Assembly: GCA_965226375.1 (NCBI GenBank) | Contig: CBDDCX010000007.1 | Coordinates: 128,001-192,000 of the forward strand | Length of the DNA: 64,000 nucleotides | Source of the DNA: Longimicrobiales bacterium | GTDB taxonomy: Bacteria > Gemmatimonadota > Gemmatimonadetes > Longimicrobiales > Gaopeijiaceae | Direction: 5' to 3' | Shown here: piece by piece, positions 42,481 to 52,175 of the stretch | How the letters are laid out: each line of letters begins with the position of its first letter | Position numbering within the stretch: position 1 is the first letter of the stretch | Notes under the pieces: generated by a model | The model's input: the letters and a program-made list of their open reading frames with translations, nothing else | Told to the model about the DNA's origin: nothing | The model's database searches: none | Program-made: the position numbers and the translations under genes

Positions 42481-42975
42481 TCAGGATCGAGCCCGGCGAG
42501 AAAGAAACGCATAAGCCGCACATCGAAGGGCTTCGACGCTCGCCTCGCCGAGTAGCTTCTCCGCTTCTTCACCGGCCGCCCGCCAATGGGGCATCGCCCG
42601 GTTGAGCATGCTCGTGCCTTCGGGCGTAAGCGTCAGCGTGGTACGGCTCCGCCCCGGCGATCTCGTCCCCTCCACCCAGCCCTTCTCCCGGAGAAACGCC
42701 AATCCGCGACTGACGGTCGACTTGTCCATCTCGAGAAAGTGGCCGATGTCGACCGCCCTCAGGCCGTTCATCGAGGCGATCAACGCGAGCGTGGTCAACT
42801 GATTGACCCGAAGGCCGACAGGATCGAGCGCGTCGTCGTAGATTCGGGTGAGGAGACGATCCAACATTCGGGTCCGACTACAGACGCAGGACCGGAGGAT
42901 CTCCCGCGCCGATCCTTTGTCGACCCGTGCATCCAAATGACTTCGGGCGCCAACGTCCCCGACAACATGCGACAA
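42481..42975 (-). CDS. MarR family regulator (CxC type); start uncertain
   Basis: CVC..TR...RLLTRIYD..L...GL, MDKSTVSR, LTPEG. Confidence 0.88.
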   Translation of the reverse strand: MSHVVGDVGARSHLDARVDKGSAREILRSCVCSRTRMLDRLLTRIYDDALDPVGLRVNQLTTLALIASMNGLRAVDIGHFLEMDKSTVSRGLAFLREKGWVEGTRSPGRSRTTLTLTPEGTSMLNRAMPHWRAAGEEAEKLLGEASVEALRCAAYAFLSRRARS

Positions 42976-42987
42976 GTCAACCTCGTT

Positions 42988-43081
42988 GTTGCACTAGCAA
43001 CTTAATGAGTTGTAGATACATCTTCACTAAATCGCTCATGGAAAAAGTTGCAATAGCAATATTATAAGTTGTATGGTCAAC
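42988..43081. promoter_or_regulatory. Four palindromic GTTGY-N4-NCAWY boxes, putative MarR operators in an AT-rich divergent promoter
   Basis: GTTGCACTAGCAAC at 42988, GTTGTAGATACATC at 43009, GTTGCAATAGCAAT at 43047, GTTGTATGGTCAAC at 43068. Confidence 0.7.
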
Positions 43082-43230
43082 ACACAAGCATGGCGGTGCT
43101 CACTATGCCCTGATCTGCAAGCTCTCGACGAATCCGGCGTATTCATCGCTGCCCGTAGGTAGGAGAGGGGGGATTCGATCCAGGAACCCGGCGTGCCGCT
43201 ATAGAGTTCGACTTGGGAGGTGGTGATTTG

Positions 43231-44079
43231 ATGCGAAGTGCTTTGAGGTATCTGATCGTCCTGGCGTTGTGTGTGACAGCTGTAGCGCCCGATGCCCCGG
43301 CCCAGGAGAGTGGCCAACACTACCTCTTCGTCAGCAGCCGGAACGACAGCTCCGTAAAACGCTTCGACGGTGTGACCGGTGAGTTCATCGACAACTTCAT
43401 CGAGCCTGGAGCAGGCGGTGACCTCTACGTCAGCGGCAGAGGAAACGCTCACATCCTGCGCTTCGACGGCGCGACCGGGGCCTTCCTCGGTGCTTTCACC
43501 TGGGGCTACAGCCTCGACAATCCCACGAAGATGACGTTCGGCCCCGACGGCATGCTCTACGTGAGTCAGTGGGGCATGAAGCACTCGGCTGTGGCAAGGT
43601 TCAACGCCGTCACAGGTCAGTTCGTGGATGAAGCGACGAGCGTGCCTCTTGAAGAGGGCATGGCCCACACCTGGGACGCACAGGGTCGTCTGTACGTCGC
43701 CTCCTACGGAAGTAAGGACGTCAGGCGGTTCGACCCGGAGGGCCGCCTCATCGACGTCTTTGTCACCTCGGAGCATCTGGCAAGTGCCGTCAACCTGTGG
43801 TTCGGAGAGGGCGGGGACCTGTTCGTGGTGGATTGGGAGGCAGGAAGCGTACTCCGGTACGACGGGGCCACCGGCGAGTATATCGGTGTCTTCATCTCCG
43901 GAATGACTCGGAGCGAGGGGGTCACGGTGGGACCGGACGGAGCACTCTACGTCTGTGACTGGCAGGAGAACACGGTAAACCGCTATGACGCGAAGACGGG
44001 CAAGCACCTCGGCGTGTTCGCGGCAGGGGGTGGTATGATTCAGCCCAACGGAGTCGTCTTCAGGACCCTAGAGCGCTAG
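43231..44079 (+). CDS. Secreted NHL/Vgb-like beta-propeller repeat protein
   Basis: Signal peptide; repeats RFDGxTGxF...FGPDGxLYV; GGAGG RBS. Confidence 0.8.
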   Translation: MRSALRYLIVLALCVTAVAPDAPAQESGQHYLFVSSRNDSSVKRFDGVTGEFIDNFIEPGAGGDLYVSGRGNAHILRFDGATGAFLGAFTWGYSLDNPTKMTFGPDGMLYVSQWGMKHSAVARFNAVTGQFVDEATSVPLEEGMAHTWDAQGRLYVASYGSKDVRRFDPEGRLIDVFVTSEHLASAVNLWFGEGGDLFVVDWEAGSVLRYDGATGEYIGVFISGMTRSEGVTVGPDGALYVCDWQENTVNRYDAKTGKHLGVFAAGGGMIQPNGVVFRTLER

Positions 44080-45250
44080 GACCGTCCAGCTGCGGGACCA
44101 TGAGGGTCAGGGCCAACAGAGCCGTCCTCTCCACCAGCTTGTCGATGTTCACATACTCGTGCTCCGCGTGAGCACCGTCGCCCACGGCCCCCAGTCCATC
44201 GACCGTAGCGGTATGAAGGCTAGTGATGTTGCCGTCCGAGGCACCCCCGGACATCCCCTGAACCAGCTCGACGCCCATCTCGAGTCCACACTCCCGGACC
44301 GCGTTCCAGAGGGCCACGTTGCGCGGCGTGGCCTCCATGGGAGCCCGATCGACCGCCCCCTCGATCTCCAGGCGGCTGCCGGGGGTCTCGGCCTCGAGCC
44401 CACGGATCGCCTCCTCCACCGCGCGGGCGTCCGCGATGGTGGTCACGCGCACGTCCAGCTCGGCGCGACACTCCGCGGCTACGACATTACCCCGAGTACC
44501 GCCTGTGACCGTGCCCACGTTCATGGCGATGCCCCTGTCCCAGTCCGTGAGTCCGTGGAGGAACTGGATCACATGGGACATCTCATGGATGGCGCTGGCC
44601 CCTTCCTCCGGGGCTAGGCCGGAGTGAGAGGCCTTGCCCACCACCCGGATGTGGAACTGCCCCACGCCCCGCCGGGTGGTCTTGATCCGGCCGTCGGGAC
44701 CGAGGGCGGGCTCCATCACCAGCACGCGACTCGCACTCTTGGCCAGACGCTCCACATGATCGTGTGATTCCGGGCTGCCGATCTCCTCGTCGGAGTTCAG
44801 GAATACGACTGGGGTTACTTCAGGTTGCAGACCCAGATCGGCGAGTGCGCGGAGAGCGAACACCATCTGAACGACGCCGCCCTTCATGTCGAAGACTCCG
44901 GGCCCACGGACCACGCCCTGTGCTTCGTCGACCTCGACAGGCATCCGTTCCAGCGTCCCCAGAGGCCAAACCGTGTCCGTGTGCCCGAGCAGAATCTGGA
45001 TCGGTCCCTGACCCTCCTCGTGTCCCCCGGGCGACAGGAGGATGTGTCCTCCGGTCTTCTGGCCCGGGACGCGAGTGGCCTCGAACCCAGACTCCTCGAG
45101 CGAGTGTGCCACGAGATCCTGCACGGGGAGTTGAGTCTCCGGGACGAGCGACGGGGACTCCAGGTTGGCCATATCGACCAGCAGCTTCACGATCGCCCCC
45201 CGGCGATCGGACATGAACTCGATGATCCGTCCAGCCACCGGATCCGTCAT
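44060..45250 (-). CDS. M20 family metallopeptidase (carboxypeptidase G2-like)
   Basis: GHTDTVW, GPGVFDMKGG, DEEIGS, GGASDGN, GAHAEHE. Confidence 0.9.
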   Translation of the reverse strand: MTDPVAGRIIEFMSDRRGAIVKLLVDMANLESPSLVPETQLPVQDLVAHSLEESGFEATRVPGQKTGGHILLSPGGHEEGQGPIQILLGHTDTVWPLGTLERMPVEVDEAQGVVRGPGVFDMKGGVVQMVFALRALADLGLQPEVTPVVFLNSDEEIGSPESHDHVERLAKSASRVLVMEPALGPDGRIKTTRRGVGQFHIRVVGKASHSGLAPEEGASAIHEMSHVIQFLHGLTDWDRGIAMNVGTVTGGTRGNVVAAECRAELDVRVTTIADARAVEEAIRGLEAETPGSRLEIEGAVDRAPMEATPRNVALWNAVRECGLEMGVELVQGMSGGASDGNITSLHTATVDGLGAVGDGAHAEHEYVNIDKLVERTALLALTLMVPQLDGPSALGS

Positions 45251-45281
45251 GCCCCACTCCCGTTACGGATGTCCGGTCTCT

Positions 45282-46607
45282 TCATCGATAGAACCCCGCT
45301 CGCTCGTAGCTCTCGTCCAGAAGCTCCACCGGATGAAGCGCCGTGATCGGAGAGCCCCTGAGCATCAGACCGGCGCCGATCTGCATGATGCAGCCGGGGT
45401 TGGCGGTCACCACAACGTCCACTCCGGTCTCGACCACCGCGCTCACCTTGTCCGAACCGATCCGCCCGCCGAGTTCGGGGTGGGTCATGCCGTAGATGCC
45501 CGCTCCGCCGCAGCACTCCTCTTCGCCGGGCAACGGCACGAGGTCCAGGTCGGGAATCGCCTCGAGCATGGCCCGAGGTGCCTCTTTGAGCCGCTGTGCG
45601 TGGCAGAGGTGGCAGGCGGCGTCATAGGTGACTCGACGAGCGACCGGCGCCCCACGCCGCACACCGGCCTCCGCCAAGAGCTCCGAGAGGTCGCGTGAGA
45701 TGCCGGCGAGCTGCACGGCCGCTTCAGCATACTTCGAGTCGTCACCGAGAAGGTGCCCATACTCTTTCAACGCCATGCCGCATCCCGCCGCGTTCACTAC
45801 CACGAAATCGACCTTCGAGTTCAGGAGGGCATCGACGTTTGATCGAGCCAACCGTCGAGCGCTCTCGGCGTCGCCGGCGTGCGAATGCAGGGCTCCACAA
45901 CACTGCTGGCCCGCCACATGGACGATCTCGAAGCCGTTCGCCCGGAGGACCCGTTCGGTAGCGTCGTTCACTCGGGCGAAGAGACCCGCTTGCACACAGC
46001 CCGTGAGCAGCGCCACCCGCGGAGAGCGCTCGGGGGTCGCCTCAGTGGCCGGCGCTTCGTCGACGGGAGCCGTCTCATTCGAGGGGGGCGTGGGCGCGAG
46101 GGCGGGCAGGCGCGACGCCCGGCTGGCCGCAAGCATGGCGAATCCGAACCGCACGGGGTGGAGTAACCGCACCCCTGGGGTCAGTTTGGCCCCGAGCCAC
46201 GCCAGCCCGAAACCACGGGTCATCCGTGCCAAGCTCATGCTCCAGCGCAGCAGAACACGTCGCTTGAATACGGACAAGAGCGCCCGGGCGGGGACGCTCG
46301 GCTTGCGAGCCTGGAAGGCCGTTTCGCGCGCACTCTCGAGCAGGAGTCCGTATTCCACGCCTGAGGGGCACACCGGCTCGCATGCCCTGCACCCCAAACA
46401 GCGATCGATGTGAGTCTGAAATGCGTCCGACGACGGGGAGAGCCTCCCCTCGACCACGGCACGCATCAGATACAGCCTACCGCGCGGCGAGTCGTTCTCG
46501 TCTCCGAGTCGGACGTACGTGGGACAAGCAGGGAGGCAGAAGCCGCAGTGCACACACGGGAGCAGGCGCTCTTCCTGTGCCTTGAGGGCATTGGCCAGCC
46601 GTGTCAC
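45282..46607 (-). CDS. glcF: Glycolate oxidase Fe-S subunit
   Basis: CVHCGFCLPACP, CLGCRACEPVCP, two CCG domains. Confidence 0.9.
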   Translation of the reverse strand: MTRLANALKAQEERLLPCVHCGFCLPACPTYVRLGDENDSPRGRLYLMRAVVEGRLSPSSDAFQTHIDRCLGCRACEPVCPSGVEYGLLLESARETAFQARKPSVPARALLSVFKRRVLLRWSMSLARMTRGFGLAWLGAKLTPGVRLLHPVRFGFAMLAASRASRLPALAPTPPSNETAPVDEAPATEATPERSPRVALLTGCVQAGLFARVNDATERVLRANGFEIVHVAGQQCCGALHSHAGDAESARRLARSNVDALLNSKVDFVVVNAAGCGMALKEYGHLLGDDSKYAEAAVQLAGISRDLSELLAEAGVRRGAPVARRVTYDAACHLCHAQRLKEAPRAMLEAIPDLDLVPLPGEEECCGGAGIYGMTHPELGGRIGSDKVSAVVETGVDVVVTANPGCIMQIGAGLMLRGSPITALHPVELLDESYERAGFYR

Positions 46608-47917
46608 GAGATCAACCTTCCGGGGGTCAGGATCGATGCCGGATCGAACTCTCTCTGAAGATCTCGCATGAGATCCGTCGCGGAGCCGGCCTCTCCCCAG
46701 GCTCCCATGCTCTGCACGACCTCTAGTGGCCCCTGCGAGATGACCATGCTCCCGCCCTCCGATTCGAGTGAGATTCTAAGGCCGGCCAGGGCGGCGACGG
46801 CAGCCTCCAGCCATCCCTCCCGTCTGTGCACGCGGGCCATCATCACACGCAACACTCCGGTCTGAGCATGCGCCGCCATGCGCGTTCCCCAGCCGACATC
46901 CGGATCGGCAATCTCCCCGAGACCCAGGGCCATCTCCACGAGATCCGACAGCCTGGACGGAAGGAGGCTCAGCCGGAGCACCAGCTCCGCACCGTCCTCC
47001 AAGGCCCGGACATTCTCGAAGATGGCGTGGGAGTCAGGGCCCTCCATGCGGGCGATCGGTGCGGCGTCCGCCCGTTCACAGACCCAACGATCGACGACTT
47101 CGGCCGCATCAGGCGACTCCAGGATCCGGACGGCAACCAGCGGCGCCGTGCTTCGATCTCCCTCCTCGCGATCGCCGGGTACCAGCACCTCCACGGCCGC
47201 GAGCGAGACCGGCGCTCCCGCGATGGCACGGGCCAGGCTCGCCGCCGACAGGACATCGGGGCTCTGAAACAACAGCGTGCGGTCGAGATCCGGCACAGGG
47301 TGCAACCGCGTCGTCACCGACGTGATCACCCCCAGCGTGCCCCAGCTCCCGAGCGCCAGCTTGAGCAGATCGAAGCCGGCAACGTTCTTCACGACCTTTC
47401 CCCCCAGCCTGAGGAGACGGCCGTCTCCGGTGACCAGTGTGACCCCGAGCACATGCTCCCGAGGCGTGCCGAAGCCGGCTTGAAGCGGCCCCGCCGACCC
47501 TGTGCTGACCGTGGCCCCGAGGCTCCCGTGCATGGCACCGGGTGGGTCGAGGGGGAGCCACTGGCGCCCGTCGAGGACACACCGGGAGACGAGGTCGAGT
47601 CCGATCCCCGCCTGCGCCGTGATGAACAGGTCGTCGGGCTCGTAGGCGAGCACCCGGTCCATACGGGTGGTACTGATCACCACGTCCACGCTCTCCGGGG
47701 GGTGACCGCTCCTGAGCCAGGTGCCCTTGCCACTCGGCACGCATTTCCACCCCTCGGCACTGGCCATACTCAAGACCTGTGCGACCTCGTATTCGCCCTC
47801 GGGAAAAACCACCGCCTGGGGTACCCGGTCGCTCACGGCCCAAGCCTCTGCGCGAAAGCCCTCCACCACTTCGCCCTCGGGCAGTTGGCTCGCCAGGAGT
47901 GCGGCAATCGGGTTCAC
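46604..47917 (-). CDS. glcE: Glycolate oxidase FAD-binding subunit
   Basis: GGKVVKNVAGFDL, GSWGTLGVI, FDP..IL.PGR; GTG overlaps the glcD stop. Confidence 0.88.
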   Translation of the reverse strand: MNPIAALLASQLPEGEVVEGFRAEAWAVSDRVPQAVVFPEGEYEVAQVLSMASAEGWKCVPSGKGTWLRSGHPPESVDVVISTTRMDRVLAYEPDDLFITAQAGIGLDLVSRCVLDGRQWLPLDPPGAMHGSLGATVSTGSAGPLQAGFGTPREHVLGVTLVTGDGRLLRLGGKVVKNVAGFDLLKLALGSWGTLGVITSVTTRLHPVPDLDRTLLFQSPDVLSAASLARAIAGAPVSLAAVEVLVPGDREEGDRSTAPLVAVRILESPDAAEVVDRWVCERADAAPIARMEGPDSHAIFENVRALEDGAELVLRLSLLPSRLSDLVEMALGLGEIADPDVGWGTRMAAHAQTGVLRVMMARVHRREGWLEAAVAALAGLRISLESEGGSMVISQGPLEVVQSMGAWGEAGSATDLMRDLQREFDPASILTPGRLIS

Positions 47918-49329
47918 GGCGCGGCTTCGAACAGCTCGGGGAGTACCTTGCCCGGGTTCATGTTGCCCCGGGGATCGAACACGGACTTGACCCGGCGCAT
48001 GGCATCGATCTCCTGCGGGCTGTGCACCAACGACATGTACTGGCGCTTGTCCAAGCCCACTCCGTGCTCTCCCGTGATCGTTCCTCCCACCTCGACGCAT
48101 AGAGCCATGATTTCCTTAGAGGCGAGTTCGACCCGGGCGAGCTGGTCGGCATCGCTACGGTCGAAGAGGATGTTGGGATGCAGGTTGCCGTCTCCCGCGT
48201 GGAAGACGTTGGCCACGGTCAGTTCGTACCGCTCGCCGATCTCCGAAATCCGCGCCAGAACGTCCGGCAGAAGACTCCTGGGGACGGTAGCGTCCTGAAC
48301 GAGCAGATCCGTGGCGATGCGGCCCATGGCGCCGAACGCCTTCTTGCGTCCCTGCCACAGCGCCAGCCGCTCCTGCTCCGACTCCGCCGTGCGGACGTCC
48401 CTAGCGCCGGCTTCACGGCAGTGGACCGCGGACCGCTCGACATCGGCTCCGAGTCCGGCTTCCACCCCGTCGAACTCGATGACGAGCGCAGCCTCTGCAT
48501 CGACCGGATAGCCTCCTGCATAGACGCTGGCCTCTACCGCCCGGATGGTCGGACCGTCGATGATCTCGAGCGCCGCCGGCAGGAGGCCGTCTGCGATGAT
48601 CCTGGTCACGGCTCTCCCGGCGTCCTCGAGGCTGTCGAAGATGCCGAGGAGCGTCCGGACCGACTCGGGCTTTGGGAGAAGGCGCACCTCGATCTCCGTA
48701 GCAATGCCGAAGCATCCCTCGGATCCCACGAAGAGCCCCACCAGATCGTAGCCCCCGGACTCCCGTCCGAAGCCCCCGATACGCGAGACCTGACCCTCGT
48801 ACGTCACGATGGTGAGGCCGGTGACGTACCGGGAGGTTACTCCGTACTTCAGGCAGTGCGGGCCTCCCGAGTTCTCCGCCACGTTGCCACCGAGTGTGCA
48901 GGCGCTTTGCGAGGACGGGTCGGGTGCGTAGTAGAGCCCGAACGGGGCAGCGGCATCTGTAAGATGCGCGTTGATCACACCGGTCTGGACCAGCGCCAGA
49001 CGGTTCTCGGCGTCCACCTCGAGAATCCGGTTCATGCGCGCCGTCCCGACCACGACGCCGCCCTCACCGGCGAGAGCACCTCCGGACAAGCCGGTCCCCG
49101 CACCCCGGGGCACGACAGGCACGCCTTCCTTCGAGAGGAGCTGGAGGACGCGGCTCACCTCATCCGTGTCCTTGGGGAGAACCACGGCCGTCGGCGGCAT
49201 GCGGTAGGCGGTGAGGCCGTCGGACTCGTAGGCCAAAAGGCGACCCGGGTCGGAGATGACCCAGTCCTCTCCGACGATGCCTTTGAGTTGCGCTTCGAGT
49301 GAATGCTCTAGAGGCAACTGCGTCCCCAT
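47914..49329 (-). CDS. glcD: Glycolate oxidase subunit D
   Basis: PRGAGTGLSGGA, APDPSS, HAGDGNLHP, ITGEHGVG, NPGK. Confidence 0.92.
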   Translation of the reverse strand: MGTQLPLEHSLEAQLKGIVGEDWVISDPGRLLAYESDGLTAYRMPPTAVVLPKDTDEVSRVLQLLSKEGVPVVPRGAGTGLSGGALAGEGGVVVGTARMNRILEVDAENRLALVQTGVINAHLTDAAAPFGLYYAPDPSSQSACTLGGNVAENSGGPHCLKYGVTSRYVTGLTIVTYEGQVSRIGGFGRESGGYDLVGLFVGSEGCFGIATEIEVRLLPKPESVRTLLGIFDSLEDAGRAVTRIIADGLLPAALEIIDGPTIRAVEASVYAGGYPVDAEAALVIEFDGVEAGLGADVERSAVHCREAGARDVRTAESEQERLALWQGRKKAFGAMGRIATDLLVQDATVPRSLLPDVLARISEIGERYELTVANVFHAGDGNLHPNILFDRSDADQLARVELASKEIMALCVEVGGTITGEHGVGLDKRQYMSLVHSPQEIDAMRRVKSVFDPRGNMNPGKVLPELFEAAP

Positions 49330-49539
49330 GTGTTCGGTGGATTATCGGCCCTATCGCTGACGCCCGGCTCCGGGTTCGCACCCGCTAAACCAGAGTAATC
49401 CACCCACACTGGTTAAGACAGGCACAGCTGCAGGGATGCAGGGGCCGCGATCAACCCCGTCGGGCTTCTGTCCCTGGCAGTCTACGCGCCCGCGGCGTGG
49501 CGCTTGTGGCTACGCACAGGCTAGCCGCATCTTGCGGCT

Positions 49540-49653
49540 ATGTCTGACGCTGTCCCCCGCCTCAATGCGGCCTTGGAAGGCCGATACGCCATCGAGCGCG
49601 AGCTGGGCGAACGGGGCATCGCCCAGGAGCTGAAGCGGTTGGTGCCAAATTGA
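49540..49653 (+). pseudogene. Ser/Thr kinase reduced to a 37-aa head+tail minigene (not in ORF track)
   Basis: MSDAVPRLNAALEGRYAIERELGERGIA|QELKRLVPN*. Confidence 0.85.
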
Positions 49654-50330
49654 ACCGTCAGGTCCCTTGGCTGCGCGTCTTCGTGGAAGGCGTGGTGATC
49701 GTAGGGTCGATTCTGCTTGCTTTCGGGATTCAGGCATGGTGGGACGGTCGGGTTGACCGCAGCGAAGAGACGGAATCGCTCGAAGCGTTACACGCCGACT
49801 TCTTGGGTACCATTGAGGAACTGAATCGCACCGCAGGATTGCACCGAGGTAGGCTCGACGCGGCATCAACGTTGCTCGGCACCCCTGAGGCGGATCTCCA
49901 AGCACTCGGCCAGGACTCACTCGGATACTTGGTCAGCAGGTCGGGTTGGAGAACTACCATCGACCCTCCACTCGCCACGCTCAGTGGCCTCATAGCCTCC
50001 GGCCAACTATCGCTCATTTCGGACAAGCTGTTGCGCGCGAAGCTCGCGCAGTGGAACGGGCTCCTCGACGACCACGAGGCCGCGCAGGAACTGCTCGTAA
50101 CGGTTCTAACCAACCAGTACGCTCCTTGGTTGCGCTCGCGTGTGTTGGTGGAGGCAGACGATCTTCGCTCGGTACGAGTCAAGCCCGACCACGATCCTCT
50201 CTTCGAGGACTTCGCGTTCGACAACCAGCTCATTCAGGTCGTAGGCGGCACGGAACGGCTCCTGGCGGACCTCGAGCTTCTGACCGTTTCGGCCGAGGAG
50301 ATTGTCGAGATGCTCGAGCGAGCCCGGTAG
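49650..50330 (+). CDS. Hypothetical membrane-anchored protein (DUF6090-like N-terminus)
   Basis: PWLRVFVEGVVIVGSILLAFGIQAWWD; SGQLSLISD..LR..L..W. Confidence 0.75.
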   Translation: MNRQVPWLRVFVEGVVIVGSILLAFGIQAWWDGRVDRSEETESLEALHADFLGTIEELNRTAGLHRGRLDAASTLLGTPEADLQALGQDSLGYLVSRSGWRTTIDPPLATLSGLIASGQLSLISDKLLRAKLAQWNGLLDDHEAAQELLVTVLTNQYAPWLRSRVLVEADDLRSVRVKPDHDPLFEDFAFDNQLIQVVGGTERLLADLELLTVSAEEIVEMLERAR

Positions 50331-50344
50331 GTCGGTACTCAGCC

Positions 50345-50652
50345 TCACCCCTCGATCCTCGCACCCGTGAACTCGATGGTGCCCATCATCGGCGAGCTGA
50401 GGGTGCCGCTCACATCGTTCCCTTCAACCGTCGCCTCCCACGCGACACCGATGCCTTGTCCGTCGCCCTGGTTGCGGGCCATGGCGGTAAAGGATGCCGT
50501 CCATCCCTCGACCTTGCCGTCTTGGATGGGTGTCTTGTTTCGGCCCTCCACGAGGCCAGCGACCTCGCACTCGGTCTGCTCGAGGGTGAGCGTCAGGCCC
50601 CGAGCCGCAAGTTCCATGCGAGCCAGGGGGGCCTTGGATTCGTTCTCTTCAT
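50345..50652 (-). pseudogene. Small beta-rich exported-type protein remnant
   Basis: AGGAG + ATG at 50652 (MKRT..) is out of frame with the body TLTLEQ...VEGNDVSGTL...FTGAR. Confidence 0.45.
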
Positions 50653-50822
50653 GTATTCATCTCCTATCATGAGTTCGATTGCACGGTTTGATCTCTTCTC
50701 GTGCAAGAGGGTTGCTCGTTGAGCGCTCTCGGTGAAGCAGGATCGATGCGGTTGCACGTGGGCGGTAACTATGGACGTCCCGGAGGGCTTTCGGCTTGCG
50801 CTTCCCGGCCCGCGGATAACGG

Positions 50823-51548
50823 CTAGTCCAGAAACTCCCGAATCGCCGCCACGCTCATCGAAGCGGCAGATTCCAGCCCACGCGCAATCGTATCCCCATA
50901 GATCTCAGCCACCAACTCGTCCGTGGTAGCCTCTGGGTGGACGGCCAACAGGCCCTCCACCTGGCGAATCCTCACCCGACGATGAGCCTCGAACGTATCC
51001 AACGTGGCGCCGGGATTTTCGATCGCGGGCCCATGACCCGGATACAGCGTGCGAAACCCCATCCCACGTAGCCGATCTAGCGACTCCAGATAATCGGCCA
51101 CACACCCTTCATACTCACCGACCCACGTGGTCTCACCCTGCCCCAGCACGACATCCCCGGGAAACCCCGCCTCCGCCTCGATCCAGTGAAAAGTCACGTG
51201 CTCCCGGCTGTGTCCGGGCGTATCCACGCTCGTAATTCGCCCCTGGTCGGTCTCGACTATCTCAGAGACCCCCACCGCCCTCGCGCCCGGAATTCCCACA
51301 CCCAAAATCTCGGCCCCGCACTCCCGAGCCACCGCCTCCGCCGCCCCCGAATGATCCGCATGCCCATGCGTGAGCAGCACCCAAACCTGCTCCGCCTCCG
51401 CCACCGCACGCACGACGGCCCGAACGTGGCTGTCCACATAAGGGCCGGGATCGATGATGGCCACTCGCTTGTGGCCCACCAGATATGTGCGGGTCCCGTC
51501 CAGGGTAAAGGGACCCGGGTTGTCAGCTACGATGCAGCGGGGCCTCAC
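50823..51548 (-). CDS. MBL-fold hydrolase (LACTB2-like)
   Basis: NPGPFTLDGT.TY, THGHADH, TPGH, PGHG. Confidence 0.88.
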   Translation of the reverse strand: MRPRCIVADNPGPFTLDGTRTYLVGHKRVAIIDPGPYVDSHVRAVVRAVAEAEQVWVLLTHGHADHSGAAEAVARECGAEILGVGIPGARAVGVSEIVETDQGRITSVDTPGHSREHVTFHWIEAEAGFPGDVVLGQGETTWVGEYEGCVADYLESLDRLRGMGFRTLYPGHGPAIENPGATLDTFEAHRRVRIRQVEGLLAVHPEATTDELVAEIYGDTIARGLESAASMSVAAIREFLD

Positions 51549-51557
51549 GGGCTGTTG

Positions 51558-52031
51558 TTAGCGGCGCTCCGCAGCCAACTGCTCGGCCAACTTGTCGGCC
51601 ACCATCTGTAGGGCGGTGTCGTCGTCATCCGTGAATGCCGCGGCGGTTCTACTGTCGAGGTCGATCTGTCCGAAGATGGCGTCGCCAGCCCGAATCAGCA
51701 CGACCATCTCGGACTTGACCCTGGGATCACAAGCGATGTAGTGGTCCACGGCGCTCACGTCGGGGACGTTGACGTTTTCACCGGTGGCGATCGCTGTGCC
51801 ACACACACCCTCCCCCACCGGGATCTTGGCATGGGTCGTCGGCTTTCCCACGTAGTTGTGGAGCCAGAGCACGTTCTCTTCGGTGTTCAGGAGATAGACG
51901 CCCACCCAGTCGAGTCGATCCTTGTCGGATGAGCTGATGCCCTTCACGGCATGGCGAAGCAAAGCATCCGAGAGAAATCCATCGTCCCTCAGTGTCTGAA
52001 GCTCGCCTACCAGTTCGTTGACTTCTAACAT
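51558..52031 (-). CDS. GAF-domain protein, free methionine-R-sulfoxide reductase-like
   Basis: WVGVY, GEGVCGTA, VPDV...YIAC....SEMVV, IDLDS. Confidence 0.85.
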   Translation of the reverse strand: MLEVNELVGELQTLRDDGFLSDALLRHAVKGISSSDKDRLDWVGVYLLNTEENVLWLHNYVGKPTTHAKIPVGEGVCGTAIATGENVNVPDVSAVDHYIACDPRVKSEMVVLIRAGDAIFGQIDLDSRTAAAFTDDDDTALQMVADKLAEQLAAERR

Positions 52032-52175
52032 TCGGTTCAGTTCCAGTTCTGTGACAAATGGGGAAATCCCCAGGTTTCCAGCGGCCTTGCTGGACCGGAA
52101 GGGTAGAAGAGAGCCCCCGCAGGGTCAAGGCGCCGCGAGGCAGTCCCGCAGCCCCGATTGAAGCCCATCTCAGCT

